64,000 nucleotides of DNA from positions 13,920,363 to 13,984,362 of the forward strand of contig NC_068998.1 in NCBI RefSeq assembly GCF_001194135.2, read 5' to 3'. The position numbers and the translations under genes are program-made. Positions 12,785-25,565 of this stretch are shown piece by piece (within the stretch, counting starts at the first letter, position 1; every line of letters starts with the position of its first letter). The stretch comes from Octopus bimaculoides (lineage: Eukaryota). The notes under the pieces were generated by a model. It made no database searches. It saw nothing but the letters and a program-made list of their open reading frames with translations, and had not been told where the DNA came from.

Positions 12785-14414
12785 TTATCAGTGAGCAACA
12801 AGAATGGAACATTCTTTATACATCTACTTCATTGTGATGATTGTTAAATATTAATATACAATAAGCATTATATTTTAAATTATATTGTTGATTCTGTTGA
12901 AAATACCATGTTAATTCCATAACATTCCCTTCTGCAAATTTTTATTAAATCTAAATGAAAAGGAAAAAAAAAAACACAGTTACATACATGTGTATACAAG
13001 TCATCTATTGATGGTGTCATATTAACTGACACACAGATGTAAATAATTTATTTGTTGACTGTAAAATTTACAGAAATATACGAACATAGATAATTCATTT
13101 ATTGACAGTGCAACACAGACATATAATTTTCATTTTTTGATGAAAGTCTATAGACATATCTACTATTTGTGTAAAATTTACAGGCACAGACATAAATATT
13201 TCATCTGTTGATGGTATAATATTTACTGATGCAGATAAGTCATCTGTTAATGGTCTTTAGAATATGACTGCTGAACAGATTTTTCAATGAGCTTCAAGGA
13301 AGGTTTTGTCACAAGTCTTTGATATATTGTCTGATGTGTTCTGTTGTGCATCCTTTGTGGTTTATGCCATCAAATGGGTCCAATGTCATTGAATGATTTC
13401 TCTTATGAACAAATGACCAAATCTTCTTTGGAAGCAAATGCAGAGTTTAATAAATTAAGTAATGTAAAAAGAATGGAATTCATATTTTTCTCGTTTCTAA
13501 GTATGAGGTCACTAACAATGCAAGTGAAATTAAGCAGAATGATTGAATCCAGATGATTTTACAATCTGATTTCACTTCCTGATTTGGAGCCATAGAATTT
13601 TCATTAATTCATTTCTACCTTTTTTTTGTGTAAGATATATCATGAACACCTCACAATCTCAATAGTCACTCTGCTCCAAATCTTTTTTGCTTTATGCAAA
13701 TGTAAGCAGGTGATATTGTGTAATGTTAAATGAAATAAAATAGGTGTTTAAATATTTCTATATTTCTTAGCTGTTTGATTAACCAGCTTAAATTACATTA
13801 TCATCAGAAGTCACTGACCAAAACCAATTACTGGTTAATCTTATTATAAGACAGTGTTTGGTTAAGTAATCTATCATAAAATGCTAGTCAACATTATTAG
13901 CTCATTAAGGAATCATAACACACTGAAACCAACACTATTAGCAGCTAATTAATCTATCATTATAAGATACTGACTGACATTATTTCATAGAAGCATTTTC
14001 CAAAACATTAATTTCACCTCTTTAAAAAAAAAAAAAGCAAAATGCAATTTTTAAACAGTGTATGAGTATCATTAGTAATCATGTATATAATATCCATGTG
14101 TTTGGGCCAGGATTGAATTCGTTTTTTTTTTTTTTGTTTTTTTTTTTTTTTACAGAAAGGGCTTTACATTTTTGTGGTATAAGTTGATCAGGTTATTGGG
14201 ACCCTAAAAAAGAAAAAAAAAACAAAACAAATAATGCAGTTAACAGTCCTGAAAACTTATCTTTCACTGCTTGTAACTAATCTAAAATAATCCAGGTATA
14301 AATTCAATAACTTTATTTTTGCTCAACATCAGCCTCATTGCAATATCAAATAAATGATAGTGATAATAGAGTCAAAATTCAGTCAGTTACATTGGCTGAC
14401 ATACATGAAATATT

Positions 14415-15319
14415 NNNNNNNNNNNNNNNNNNNNNNNNNNNNNNNNNNNNNNNNNNNNNNNNNNNNNNNNNNNNNNNNNNNNNNNNNNNNNNNNNNNNNN
14501 NNNNNNNNNNNNNNNNNNNNNNNNNNNNNNNNNNNNNNNNNNNNNNNNNNNNNNNNNNNNNNNNNNNNNNNNNNNNNNNNNNNNNNNNNNNNNNNNNNNN
14601 NNNNNNNNNNNNNNNNNNNNNNNNNNNNNNNNNNNNNNNNNNNNNNNNNNNNNNNNNNNNNNNNNNNNNNNNNNNNNNNNNNNNNNNNNNNNNNNNNNNN
14701 NNNNNNNNNNNNNNNNNNNNNNNNNNNNNNNNNNNNNNNNNNNNNNNNNNNNNNNNNNNNNNNNNNNNNNNNNNNNNNNNNNNNNNNNNNNNNNNNNNNN
14801 NNNNNNNNNNNNNNNNNNNNNNNNNNNNNNNNNNNNNNNNNNNNNNNNNNNNNNNNNNNNNNNNNNNNNNNNNNNNNNNNNNNNNNNNNNNNNNNNNNNN
14901 NNNNNNNNNNNNNNNNNNNNNNNNNNNNNNNNNNNNNNNNNNNNNNNNNNNNNNNNNNNNNNNNNNNNNNNNNNNNNNNNNNNNNNNNNNNNNNNNNNNN
15001 NNNNNNNNNNNNNNNNNNNNNNNNNNNNNNNNNNNNNNNNNNNNNNNNNNNNNNNNNNNNNNNNNNNNNNNNNNNNNNNNNNNNNNNNNNNNNNNNNNNN
15101 NNNNNNNNNNNNNNNNNNNNNNNNNNNNNNNNNNNNNNNNNNNNNNNNNNNNNNNNNNNNNNNNNNNNNNNNNNNNNNNNNNNNNNNNNNNNNNNNNNNN
15201 NNNNNNNNNNNNNNNNNNNNNNNNNNNNNNNNNNNNNNNNNNNNNNNNNNNNNNNNNNNNNNNNNNNNNNNNNNNNNNNNNNNNNNNNNNNNNNNNNNNN
15301 NNNNNNNNNNNNNNNNNNN
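14415..15319. other. Assembly gap (N run)
   Basis: Other gaps: 11029-11722, 17193-17292, 33702-33711, 34164-34242, 38621-38834, 44288-44423, 51181-51190. Confidence 1.
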
Positions 15320-17011
15320 TCAGCCACTTGCACGTTAATTTCACAAGCAGGCTGTTCCGTTGATTGGATCAACTGGAACCCTCGACGTCGTACGCGACGG
15401 AGTGCCAACAACAACAACATTTTATGAGTTACACTGGTGAAGCTTTTTCCTTTTATAACCCTGTGCAAGAGTTAATGAACGGTGGTTGAAAATCAGATCA
15501 TATATCAGTTGCAGCTGAGAAATTCCAAATACTGGATTTGATACTTGTATTTTATATCAAACATAGTCCTCTCTTTCAATGATACTGTGTGTTTGTATGT
15601 TTTTCTTTTTTTTTTTTTTCTTCATGTCATTGTCATGCACAAGTCATGTATTTTTGATATGCACTAAGTTTTCTCTACTTTATAAAAAACATCGACTTGT
15701 ACATACAACAGCTATATGTAGGCTAAGAAAACTACATTAGCTGTCACATCTACATGCATACACTCACAAAAAATTCATACCCCAAGTTTCAGCATGTTAA
15801 GGTTTCATATTTATTTTTGTTCTTTAATGGACTTGAGGCTGTGATCTCAGACTCATTCTCTCATTCCTGTTTTAAACAGTATCATTACATGCACAGAAAC
15901 TTTCAGCGAATAAATTGCTCATCGATGTTATCTGCATGGGAAAAAATAACTGTTAGCATTGGCATATTTAATGCAGGGAACATCAAACGGTTTACTAGAA
16001 GTAAATGGTGAGGGGAAAATTAATATTTGATATTGGCTGTTGAACAGTGAAGTCTGTGCTTTGCTGAAGATGGTTCCATAAAACCAAAACATATCTGGAG
16101 TTGTCTCCCATACTTATCTAAAAGAATCTAAATAATATTAGTCAATGAGTGAATTTTTTTCTCCATCTCATACTGCATTTTTTCCTGTTAGCTTTTTGAT
16201 ACTCCTTACAGTAACATTAACTTCACTATTAATCCTATAACAAAGTCAAAGGAAGTAAAATCGACTCTGCTCTAGGTTTTGTAGTAACTGTTTTCATTTC
16301 CATAAGGATGTTATTCTACTGAGAGATAATACCATCAGTGAGACTAAGTCTGTTGAGTGCCAAAAACTGAGAAAAATGTGAGAGAAAAAGTTTTGCAGGA
16401 AATGATTAACTGAGATTATTTGATAGTTTTTTTTTTGGTCTCAGTGTCAGTTCTAAACCTTTGAAAAGAATCTGTGGTTATAGTATAATTCTGCAAGGGG
16501 TTGTTGTGATGGATGATGAGGAGATGTCTTATTTTCTTAGCAACTTTTGCAATTTGAAACTGCAAATTCGTAAATCTCTAGTAAAGAAATGTATTATATT
16601 GCAATCAATAACTGAATCATGATGCTTTATAAAGTGTTGAACTTATTTCTTATAATATTGTTTATAATGTTATGTTGTTATTTCATAATTTGCATAAAAC
16701 TCTTCATTGAATCAATTATAAATTTCTTTCTTTATTTTCAACAACATTTTAAGAAATATTTTTCTTGCCTTCATTAAAAAAAAATTTTTTTTGTTCTTTT
16801 TCCTATTTTACTTTCCACAATTATATTATCAATTCTATTGGCTATGGCACATATTAAATGTCAACTCAACAAAATACAGCTATATAATATACTTTTAAAA
16901 TAAAACATGTACTAACCTAAGTTTTGAGGGTAGAAGAAATACAATGAATTGAAATGATAGAAATTTCTTTTTTAATAAAGTGATAGGTTTTTAGCTTTAC
17001 TATTTATCATT

Positions 17012-17192
17012 TACGGAGAGGTACTTGCATAGCAAGTGACCTGATCTGAGATTGTGTGCTGGAACGAAAACAATTGCAGTGTGGAAGGTGTTTATAAGCC
17101 ATTTAAAATAACACACAAAAACTGTTAGAATCACTTCAACATTTAAATTTAAATGTTGAAGTGAATCTAACAGTTTTTGTGTTATTTTAAAT
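17012..17192. mobile_element. Repeat element ending in a loop-less palindrome (17101-17192) that runs into an N-gap
   Basis: ATTTAAAATAACAC...CAACATTTAAA|TTTAAATGTTG...GTGTTATTTTAAAT with 1 mismatch and a 2-nt indel. (TA)n follows the gap. Confidence 0.6.
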
Positions 17193-18001
17193 NNNNNNNN
17201 NNNNNNNNNNNNNNNNNNNNNNNNNNNNNNNNNNNNNNNNNNNNNNNNNNNNNNNNNNNNNNNNNNNNNNNNNNNNNNNNNNNNNNNNNNNNGTATATAT
17301 ATATATATATATAAAACATGTTTTGAATATATGTCTTTTACTTGCTCCAATCATTTGACTGTGGCCATACTAAGGCACTGCCTTGAAATTTTAGTTAAAC
17401 TTATGAACCCCCGTACTTATTTTTTTAAAGTCTGGTACTTACTCTATCAGTCTCTTTTACCAAATCACCAAGTTACAGGAAAGTAAACTCACCAGCACCA
17501 GTTTTCAAGTGATGGTGGTGGACACACACACAAATATATATATGTGTGTGTGTGTATATATATATATATGACAGGCTTCTTTCAGTTTCTGTCAATCAAG
17601 TCCACTTGCAAGGCTTTGGTCAGGGTGCCATGCAGTGGGACTGAACCCAGACCCATGTGGTTGGGAAGCATGCCTGCATCTGTATGGTTGAATGTATTTT
17701 CTAATACATTAAATATTCATTGTAAACTGCTCTCTCTTTTGTAAACTTAATATGATGATTAATGATACTAACAGACACACCTAATATATTGTTTATACTA
17801 CTAAATACAATGTGTTAATAATACAGTCTTAATTAGCTAAAGTTAATCCTTGGTGGCCTGGATCATTGCATCCTGAAATTTGGTAACCATGATATAAAAA
17901 GAACAAAAGAATTTTTTTGTATGTCTTACTAGAAGTTTTATTCACTGTAAAATACTGCAAGCCTCTCCAACATTCTTTTTATTTCAGTTATATTTTATAT
18001 A

Positions 18002-18382
18002 TAGGCGCAGGAGTGACTCTGTGGTAAGTAGCTTGCTTACCAACCACATGGTTCTGGGTTCAGTCCCACTGTGTGGCACCTTGGGCCAGTGTCTTCTACT
18101 ATAGCCTCAGGCCGACCAAAGCCTTGAGTGGATTTGGTAGACGGAAACTGAAAGAAGCCTGTCGTATATATGTATGTATGTGTGTGTGTGTTTGTCCCCC
18201 CAACTTCGCTTGACAACCGATGCTGGTGTGTTTACGTCCCCGTAACTTAGTGGTTCGGCAAAGGAGACCGATAGAATAAGTACTAGGCTTACAAAGAATA
18301 AGTCCTGGGGTCGATTTGCTCGACTAAAGGCAGTGCTCCAGCATGGCCGCAGTCAAATGACTGAAACAAGTAAAAGAGAGAG
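18002..18382 (+). mobile_element. tRNA-headed SINE family A, full length
   Basis: GGCGCAGGAGTG..GGTTCAGTCCC head, internal TA/TG microsatellite, 3' CATGGCCGCAGTCAAATGACTGAAACAAGTAAAAGAG. Further copies at about 727-890(-), 7461-7790, 17340-17680(-), 24548-24985, 33256-33632, 38410-38618, 46890-47300 and 62490-62817(-). Confidence 0.9.
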
Positions 18383-18561
18383 TTGTGAAGGTGATGGACT
18401 CATACCACATTGGCTTTAAAGTTTTATTTCTCATTCTTCATGTCTATAGAAAAGGAAGGTTTTTCTCAACTACCTCAATCTACTATCTTAAGAAATAAGT
18501 ACATTCCTATGACAGGATTGTTGTTTTCCTGTTCCACAGAACCAAACATATTAGATATGAG

Positions 18562-18792
18562 TTGACCCTTTTCATACCAACCCACCTGTGATCACTCCCA
18601 GGTTTTATGACATAAACTTATACTGTTTTAAAGTGGTCTAAATTATAATCTTCCATAAAAATTTTATGCTAATTTGTTCCAGACCCCAGCTGAAAAATAA
18701 GCAAGTTATTTTCCTAAATTCTTCATTAAATTAAAAATTAATTGAAACAAAAGCAGCCTATGTTGACAGAATTATGGTAACAAAGGGGTTAA
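18562..18792. mobile_element. piggyBac-like MITE, family 2
   Basis: Ends TTGACCCTTTTCATACC / GGTAACAAAGGGGTTAA. A reverse-oriented related copy lies at 56929-57164. Confidence 0.55.
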
Positions 18793-21700
18793 GTTTTAAC
18801 TTTCTTCCATTACATTATTGACTTCTCATTAAAAAAAAATGGTGAAGTTCAACTTTTATCTACTGAAAAAAATAGTTGTTTTAAACTCAGCAGTTTTCAT
18901 AATCATTTCATCAAATTCACCCAGATATCATGGATGTAACTCTTCCTACTGCAATAATTCTTAATGTAATGATGCAATGCATATGGTATCTTAGTGACCT
19001 ACAAATATTCTAAAATATAATTTAAGCCTTTAGAAAATTCATTACTCCTAATTTTGTTATGTCCAAATATGAATAACCATTTTGCTGCCAAATTTCTGTT
19101 GAAATACACTTGTTTTGTTTCAGTTAATTTTGAAAATAATGAAAAATATAGTAAATTAACTGTGAGATTAGATAGGTGTTTGGAACATAAATTAACATGA
19201 AATACTGGTGGATTATTTGAATTCAAATCTGTTTAAAATGTGAAGTTTGTGTCATAGTATGAAAAAGAGTTCATGAAACAAGCCAAGCAATAGTTTTTTC
19301 TATTGGTTTTCCTAAATTTTTAACTTTACATCATAGTTATTTTTCATTATTTTCATTTTCCAAACAAAAACGCTCCAGTATCTGTCTCTTTTTTTTAATG
19401 TATAGCAAAGTAAAAAATAAAGAGGACCATTGCTCTACAGCAGTGCTCCACAACCTTTTTTTTTTTACCTGCGATACACTTATATTCTTTTCAAAATTCA
19501 ATGACACACCTGAACTGAAAATATAACTAAAAGTATGAGGGAAAAAATTATATTCAGGTTACACTGCGGCATACCTAGCATCATCTCATGGCAGATCAGT
19601 GTGCCAAGCACTGCTTTACAGAGTTAAAAAAAAAAGACAATATTCAAATATGTATCATTATTTTGATGCTTATTTGAATTTTGATAGCCTATTCAATGAA
19701 GTAACATTAAAGGGAAGATAAGCTTTGCCTTTACTACAGAAGAAAGTATATAATGAAAGCAGAGAGAGTACTATATCAAGGATTCTGCTTATATATATTT
19801 ATTTTTTTAAATAAGACTTTGGGTTTTTTTTTTTTCTTTCACATTTGGTTTAAATTTTGAAAACCTTAGACATATATCACATATCCCTATTACTTGATAT
19901 TTTCTCTCAATTGTCTAAGGTATTATTATCTTAAGTTGACACTTTAGTCTAATTTTGTATGAAAAGAAATATAAATAAATTTCAATGTAATTAGTGTAAG
20001 ATTAAAGTGATGCAGGTGAGAAGTGTTACCAGTCACTGTTGAGTCAGATTCTATGATAAATAAAATAAATAATTTAAAACATTATTTCATCTCTTCAAGA
20101 TTAGATGAACACATATACACTCAAGCCATTATTTGTCAAGATAATTGTCATTTGTATCTTGTATGAATAAAGAATAAAAGTCACCGATGCCTTAGATTTT
20201 ACAATAGTGAAAATTGTGAACAAGGACTGGATGGTAAGACTTGGATATTAATGAGGTGTAATATGCTTTAGGACAAAATTCTATTCTTGTGATATTTATG
20301 TAAATTTAAATAAATTATTTTAATGAACATATGATTTTGTTTTTGTTGGTTATCTACATTTTTCTGAACTTGCTTGTTTTTTTTCCCTAGTTCACCTTTG
20401 ATACAAGGAATTCTAGTATCTTTTCTACAGACAAAGTATCCTAGATGCTTTGTTAATTTATTTGTTGTTGTTTTGTTGTAATAGCAATAGTTGGTTTTTG
20501 ATAATAGGGGTCCACTGAGATGGATGTGTTGGACTATTGACCATATGAAATCAAGCTTTATTATAGTTACTTGTATTGTGTTCCAAAGTCAAGTTACATA
20601 GCTCTGCTTGCTTCAGTCTACATAGATCATATTTTGTGGGTGAGAGAGTATACAACTATCAAAAAACACTCCAGCAATATGCAAAAACCATCCGTTCTAT
20701 GAACCCATAAGGTCTCTATGCAGTTTCACATTCTGCAGAAATAGCAACCAAGTCTTCCTCCAAAAAAACACCATGCCATCTTTAAACATAAAGTGAACAA
20801 CTACGATAATGTAGTTCCAGATACACTATTGTACATCTGGAACTACATTATATATGAACATATATTTGAAACATCTCAGCATGGATCTGCTCAGTCAAAG
20901 CTGATCTGGAGATAAACAGTAGAGAGCTTCTACATGGTCGTACAATATGTGAGAAATAAGAACCATATCTCCCTCAGATCACAGCTCACTGCCTTAGAGA
21001 AGAACACACTGGCTAATATAGCCCTAGGTCTCCCAAGAAGTCATGGCTGGAACGCCTTTGGTGATAAGCCTGCTTGATCTGGATAAGTTCTTTCATAAAA
21101 CTAAATGGAACAATAAGACAAATATTAATTTTGCAGCTCCTATTGATCTTTGTCTCTAACCCTCCTTTCTAAATGTGGGTAGCATGTAAATTCTCTGATC
21201 AACACTCCTCTCCTCATCTCCTATCATAAGGTGGAAACCACCCAACTCATGTAGGGTTTCTGGTCTTGCAAGCTTCATGGAAACCTCACTAGTGCTGGTG
21301 GCATCAAAAAAAGAGCACCTAGTACATACTGTAAAGTGGTTGGCATCAGGAAGAGCATCCAGCTATAGAAACTATACCGAAGCATACATTAGAACATGAT
21401 GCAGTCCTTGCAACAATAAGATCTTGTCGACTGTTTGACCCATGCCAGCATGAAACTTGGAAGCTAAAAAAATGATGACGATGATGATGACACTTATTGA
21501 AACAACATGAATTGAAAAATATGCAAAGCAAATAAAAACACACACTCAGTTTTAGAGTTTAAAATCATTAATTCTTTAGTTCTTTTAGGTTTTTTTTTTT
21601 TGGTTTTTTTTTTTTCATGTATTTTCATATAATGTCTCCTTGAAATTAGACAAAATAATTTTACAGCAGATCACAGGCAGCTATTTTGGGTTTTGTTTAT

Positions 21701-21810
21701 GTGTGTGTGTGTGTGTGTGAAGAATAAGCAATAATAATAATAATAATAATAATAGTAATTATAATAATAATAATAATCATAATAATAATAATAACAACAA
21801 CAACAATTAT

Positions 21811-21960
21811 ATGACCTCTTCTGGCCAAAACATTGCCTGGAAGAAGGTGGAGAAACCATTAAAGTACAAGGATCTTGAAATTGAAATAAGCAGGACGATG
21901 TGGCGCATGGTGGCATGAAAGTGACAACAATAACAATGACAAATCGAGTTCTTGGTATAA
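21811..21960 (+). mobile_element. R4/Dong-like non-LTR retrotransposon fragment (restriction-like endonuclease end)
   Basis: NIAWKKVEKPLKYKDLEIEISRxMW / GMKVTTITMTNRVLGII resembles the RLE C-terminal consensus EKxxKYxDLxxEIxRMWxMKxxxxPxVxGALG. Embedded in (TAA)n/(CAA)n. Confidence 0.65.
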
Positions 21961-21977
21961 TAATAATAATAATAATT

Positions 21978-22419
21978 CTTTCTACTATTGGCACAAAGCC
22001 TGAAATTTTGGCGGGGAGGATAGTCGAATACATCGGCCCCTGTACTCCATTGGTACTTATTTTATCAACCCCCAAAAGGTTGAAAGGCAAAGATGATCCC
22101 AGCATAATTTGAACTCAGAATATGAAGATGGATGAAATACTGCCAAGCATTTTGCAGCATGCTTACGATTCAGCCAGCTCACCACCTTAATAATAATGAT
22201 AATAATAATAATAATAATGATAATAATAATTCTTTCTACTGGAAGCGCAAGGCCTCAAATTTGGAGGAAGGGATTAAGTCGATTACATTGACCTCAGTGC
22301 ATAACTGGTTCTTATTTAATCAACTCTAGCGGAATTTGAACTCAGAATGTAGCAACAGACAAAATACCGCTAAGCATTTCACCCGGCATGCTAACGATTC
22401 TGCTAGCTCGCTGCCTTAA

Positions 22420-22457
<38 letters not shown>

Positions 22458-22595
22458 TCCTTTCTGCTATAGGCACAAGGCCTGAAATTTGGGGTGGGGG
22501 GATAAGTCAATTACATCGACCCCGGTGTGTAACTGGTACTTATTTCATTGACCCCCAAATGGATGAAAGGCAAAGTCGACCTCGGTGGAATTTGT
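21978..22595 (-). mobile_element. Tandem array of three SINE family C copies separated by (AAT)n
   Basis: Copies at about 21978-22188, 22230-22417 and 22457-22595, sharing GAGCTGGCAGAA..TTCTGAGTTCAAATTCCGCCGAGGTCGACTTTGCCTTTCATCC. Similar clusters at 8190-8900, 40075-40350 and 49992-50925. Confidence 0.8.
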
Positions 22596-22659
22596 ATAAC
22601 AATAACAACAATAATAATAACAATAAACAATAAAAGCACAAAAAAAATTGCAGTGACAG

Positions 22660-23110
22660 GACGATTTTGTATTATCATTGCAGTGGCTCGAAAATGTCTA
22701 TCGCTGTCATGATGTAACAATGTTGGATTACTACAATGTTGTGATAACAATGTGTCCTTGCTAAGGTATAACATCATTGTGTCACCATAGCCAATATGAC
22801 AATGTATCATTGCAGGTGTGTGACAACAATGTATTACTACAGTGATGGGACAATGTTGTAACTGCAGAGGTGTGACAATACTATATTACTGAAGTGGTGT
22901 TACAACAACATATCATTGTAGAGGTATGACAATATTGTATCACTGTAAGGTGTGACAACAAAGTTTCCTTGCAATAGTGTGATATCATTGTATCACCATA
23001 GTGGTGTGACACTGCTGTACCATTGCAGTGAAATGGCAATCCTGTAATGCAGTAGTAGTTTCATAATATGGTATCATTGAAGTGATGTGACTATAATATT
23101 ATTGCAGTAA
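22660..23110. repeat. Decayed ~27-bp minisatellite
   Basis: Recurring units such as GTGTGACAACAATGTATCATTGCAGTG, GTGTTACAACAACATATCATTGTAGAG, GTGTGATATCATTGTATCACCATAGTG. Confidence 0.65.
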
Positions 23111-24325
23111 TTATGATCATTATCATTAACACCTGGATATTAGTCTCAAGCCCAAGGATTCGTACAGTTAGGTACCTGGTTTTAATATAAGGGACCGAGA
23201 TCACAACATTACCATTGAACAGGATGCAAGTCTGTTGTAGGGTTACTTATTAAGAGCTGAATGAATTGGAACAAGAAACGATGTGCTTTGCTCTAGAACA
23301 CAATGCACTTCCCAGTCCAGGAATTGAAACCACAATCTTCTGACAGTGAGTGCAGCGCCCTAACAACAAGACCACTACAGTGATAATATTGTATTACTGC
23401 AGAGGTATGATTGAATACAGGAGAAGAATGGCACATATGAGATGGTAGGTAGGTAGGTAGATAGGTAGGTAGATAGATAGATAGAGAGAGAGAGAGAGTG
23501 AGAGAGACAGACAGACAGATTGATAGGTATGTATGTATTCACATACTGACATTGCAACACTTTGACAACACAGTGAAACATATCTATATTGCAGTGACAT
23601 TATGATATACTAAAAAAAAGAAAAATAAATAAAATTGCAAGTAATATGAAAATATATATGCTAACATTGCGATGGTGAGATAATAAAAAAATGAAATAAT
23701 ACATGAACATCAAAGCAGTGAGACATTATTATATAAACACAGCAACACGACATGCATTCATATGGAACATTACATTACAGTAACATTGGTGTAAAAATAT
23801 AATACAACACTAAGTTTATACGGGTGTGAGAGTATTATGCAATGAGACCTTGACTATGTTATATCTAGGCAAAATGGCAAGACAGTAAAGTGTAACAATA
23901 CAATAGGGTGACAATACAGTGTGACAAGCCTACGTTGTGGTAATGTATTAACTGATGTGATGGCAGTATAGCATTGCAGTGGTGGGATGCGACAACACAG
24001 TACAATGTTATGGTAACATTGTAATGTGCTAATGTTAAGTATCAGCACAGGTAAAATTAGGTTTTGGTATTGAAATAAAAATAAGAATCATGTGACAATA
24101 TAAACTAACAACATGAGCAGGCATGGTAAAGCATGGGCATGGCTGTGTGCTAAGAAATTAGCTTTCCGACCACATGGCTTCGGGTTCAGTTCTGCTGTGT
24201 GACACTTTGGATAAGTGCCTTCTACTATATAGCCCCTGGGAAAACCAAAGCCTAGTGAATAGATTTGGTAGACAGAAACTGAAAGAAGCCCATAGTTTGT
24301 GTGTGTGTGTGTATATGTTATATAT

Positions 24326-24359
<34 letters not shown>

Positions 24360-24518
24360 TCATCATCATCGTTTAACGTCCGCTTTCCATGCTAGCATGG
24401 GTTGGACGATTTGACTGAGGACTGGTGAAACCGGATGGCAACACCAGGCTCCAGTCTAATTTGGCAGAGTTTCTACAGCTGGATGCCCTTCCGAACGCCA
24501 ACCACTCAGAGAGTGTAG

Positions 24519-24549
<31 letters not shown>

Positions 24550-24751
24550 GCATGGCTGTGTGGTTAGGAAGCTTGCTTCCAAGCTACATGGTTTTGGGTT
24601 CAGTCCCACCGCGTGGCACCTTGGGCAAATGTCTTCTGCTATAGCCCCGGGCTGACTGAAGCCTTGTGATTGAATTTGGTAGGCGGAAGTTACTGCCGTG
24701 TGTGTATATGTCTGTGTATGTGCTTGTGCCTCTCTCCCAGTGAGTGAGAGG

Positions 24752-24796
<45 letters not shown>

Positions 24797-25565
24797 ATAT
24801 ATATGTTTGTGTCTTTGTGTATGTATCTGTCCACTCACTGCTTGACAACTGGCGTCAAAAGAGACTGACAGAATAAGTACCAGGCTTTATAAAAATAAGT
24901 ACTAGGGTCAATTTGTTCAATTAAATCCCTTCAGGACAGTACCTCAATATGGCTGCAATCCAATGACTGAAACAAGTAAAAGAAACATGCTAGCAACAGA
25001 CTTATATCACATCATGAGAGCACTGCAATGGGAAAGTGGCATGCGATGTGACAGTATGTTAAACACTGTGTCAAAACCTATAGCAATCAGACAATATGTT
25101 GATGTTATAGTGACATGAAGACAGATTTAAAGCTGTACTATGAATGTTATACAGTAGTTTGGAGTTTCAACGTTAGTACAAACATATAGTCATGACTTTT
25201 ACCCAGTGTATGAAAATCTATACCAACATTACATAGCATAACAGGTAGGGGACATAATCTATAACATCAGCCCTGTAAGAAATCGAGGCAAAGTTAGCCT
25301 TGGTGGGACTGGAACTCAAGAAATAATATGTAACATTGAAAGAGGTTTTGCGAAGCTATGATGAGTCAGCAGAAATGGTAAAGCAACATTTACTAGTCTC
25401 ATATCTCTTTAATTCATTCTGACATCAAATTCAACAAAAGTTGCAACCTTTACCTTTTATTACACCAGAGTTTGTAAATTAATCCATTATCAGTAATTAT
25501 TATAAAATCAATTCAACTGATATCTCTGTCTGTTTGTCTGTCTGTCTGTCTGTATGTATGTATGT

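Noticed and set aside
22660-23110. CRISPR-like interpretation of the ~27-bp periodic region
   Set aside because: Units are contiguous and divergent with no unique spacers; eukaryotic context and no cas genes.
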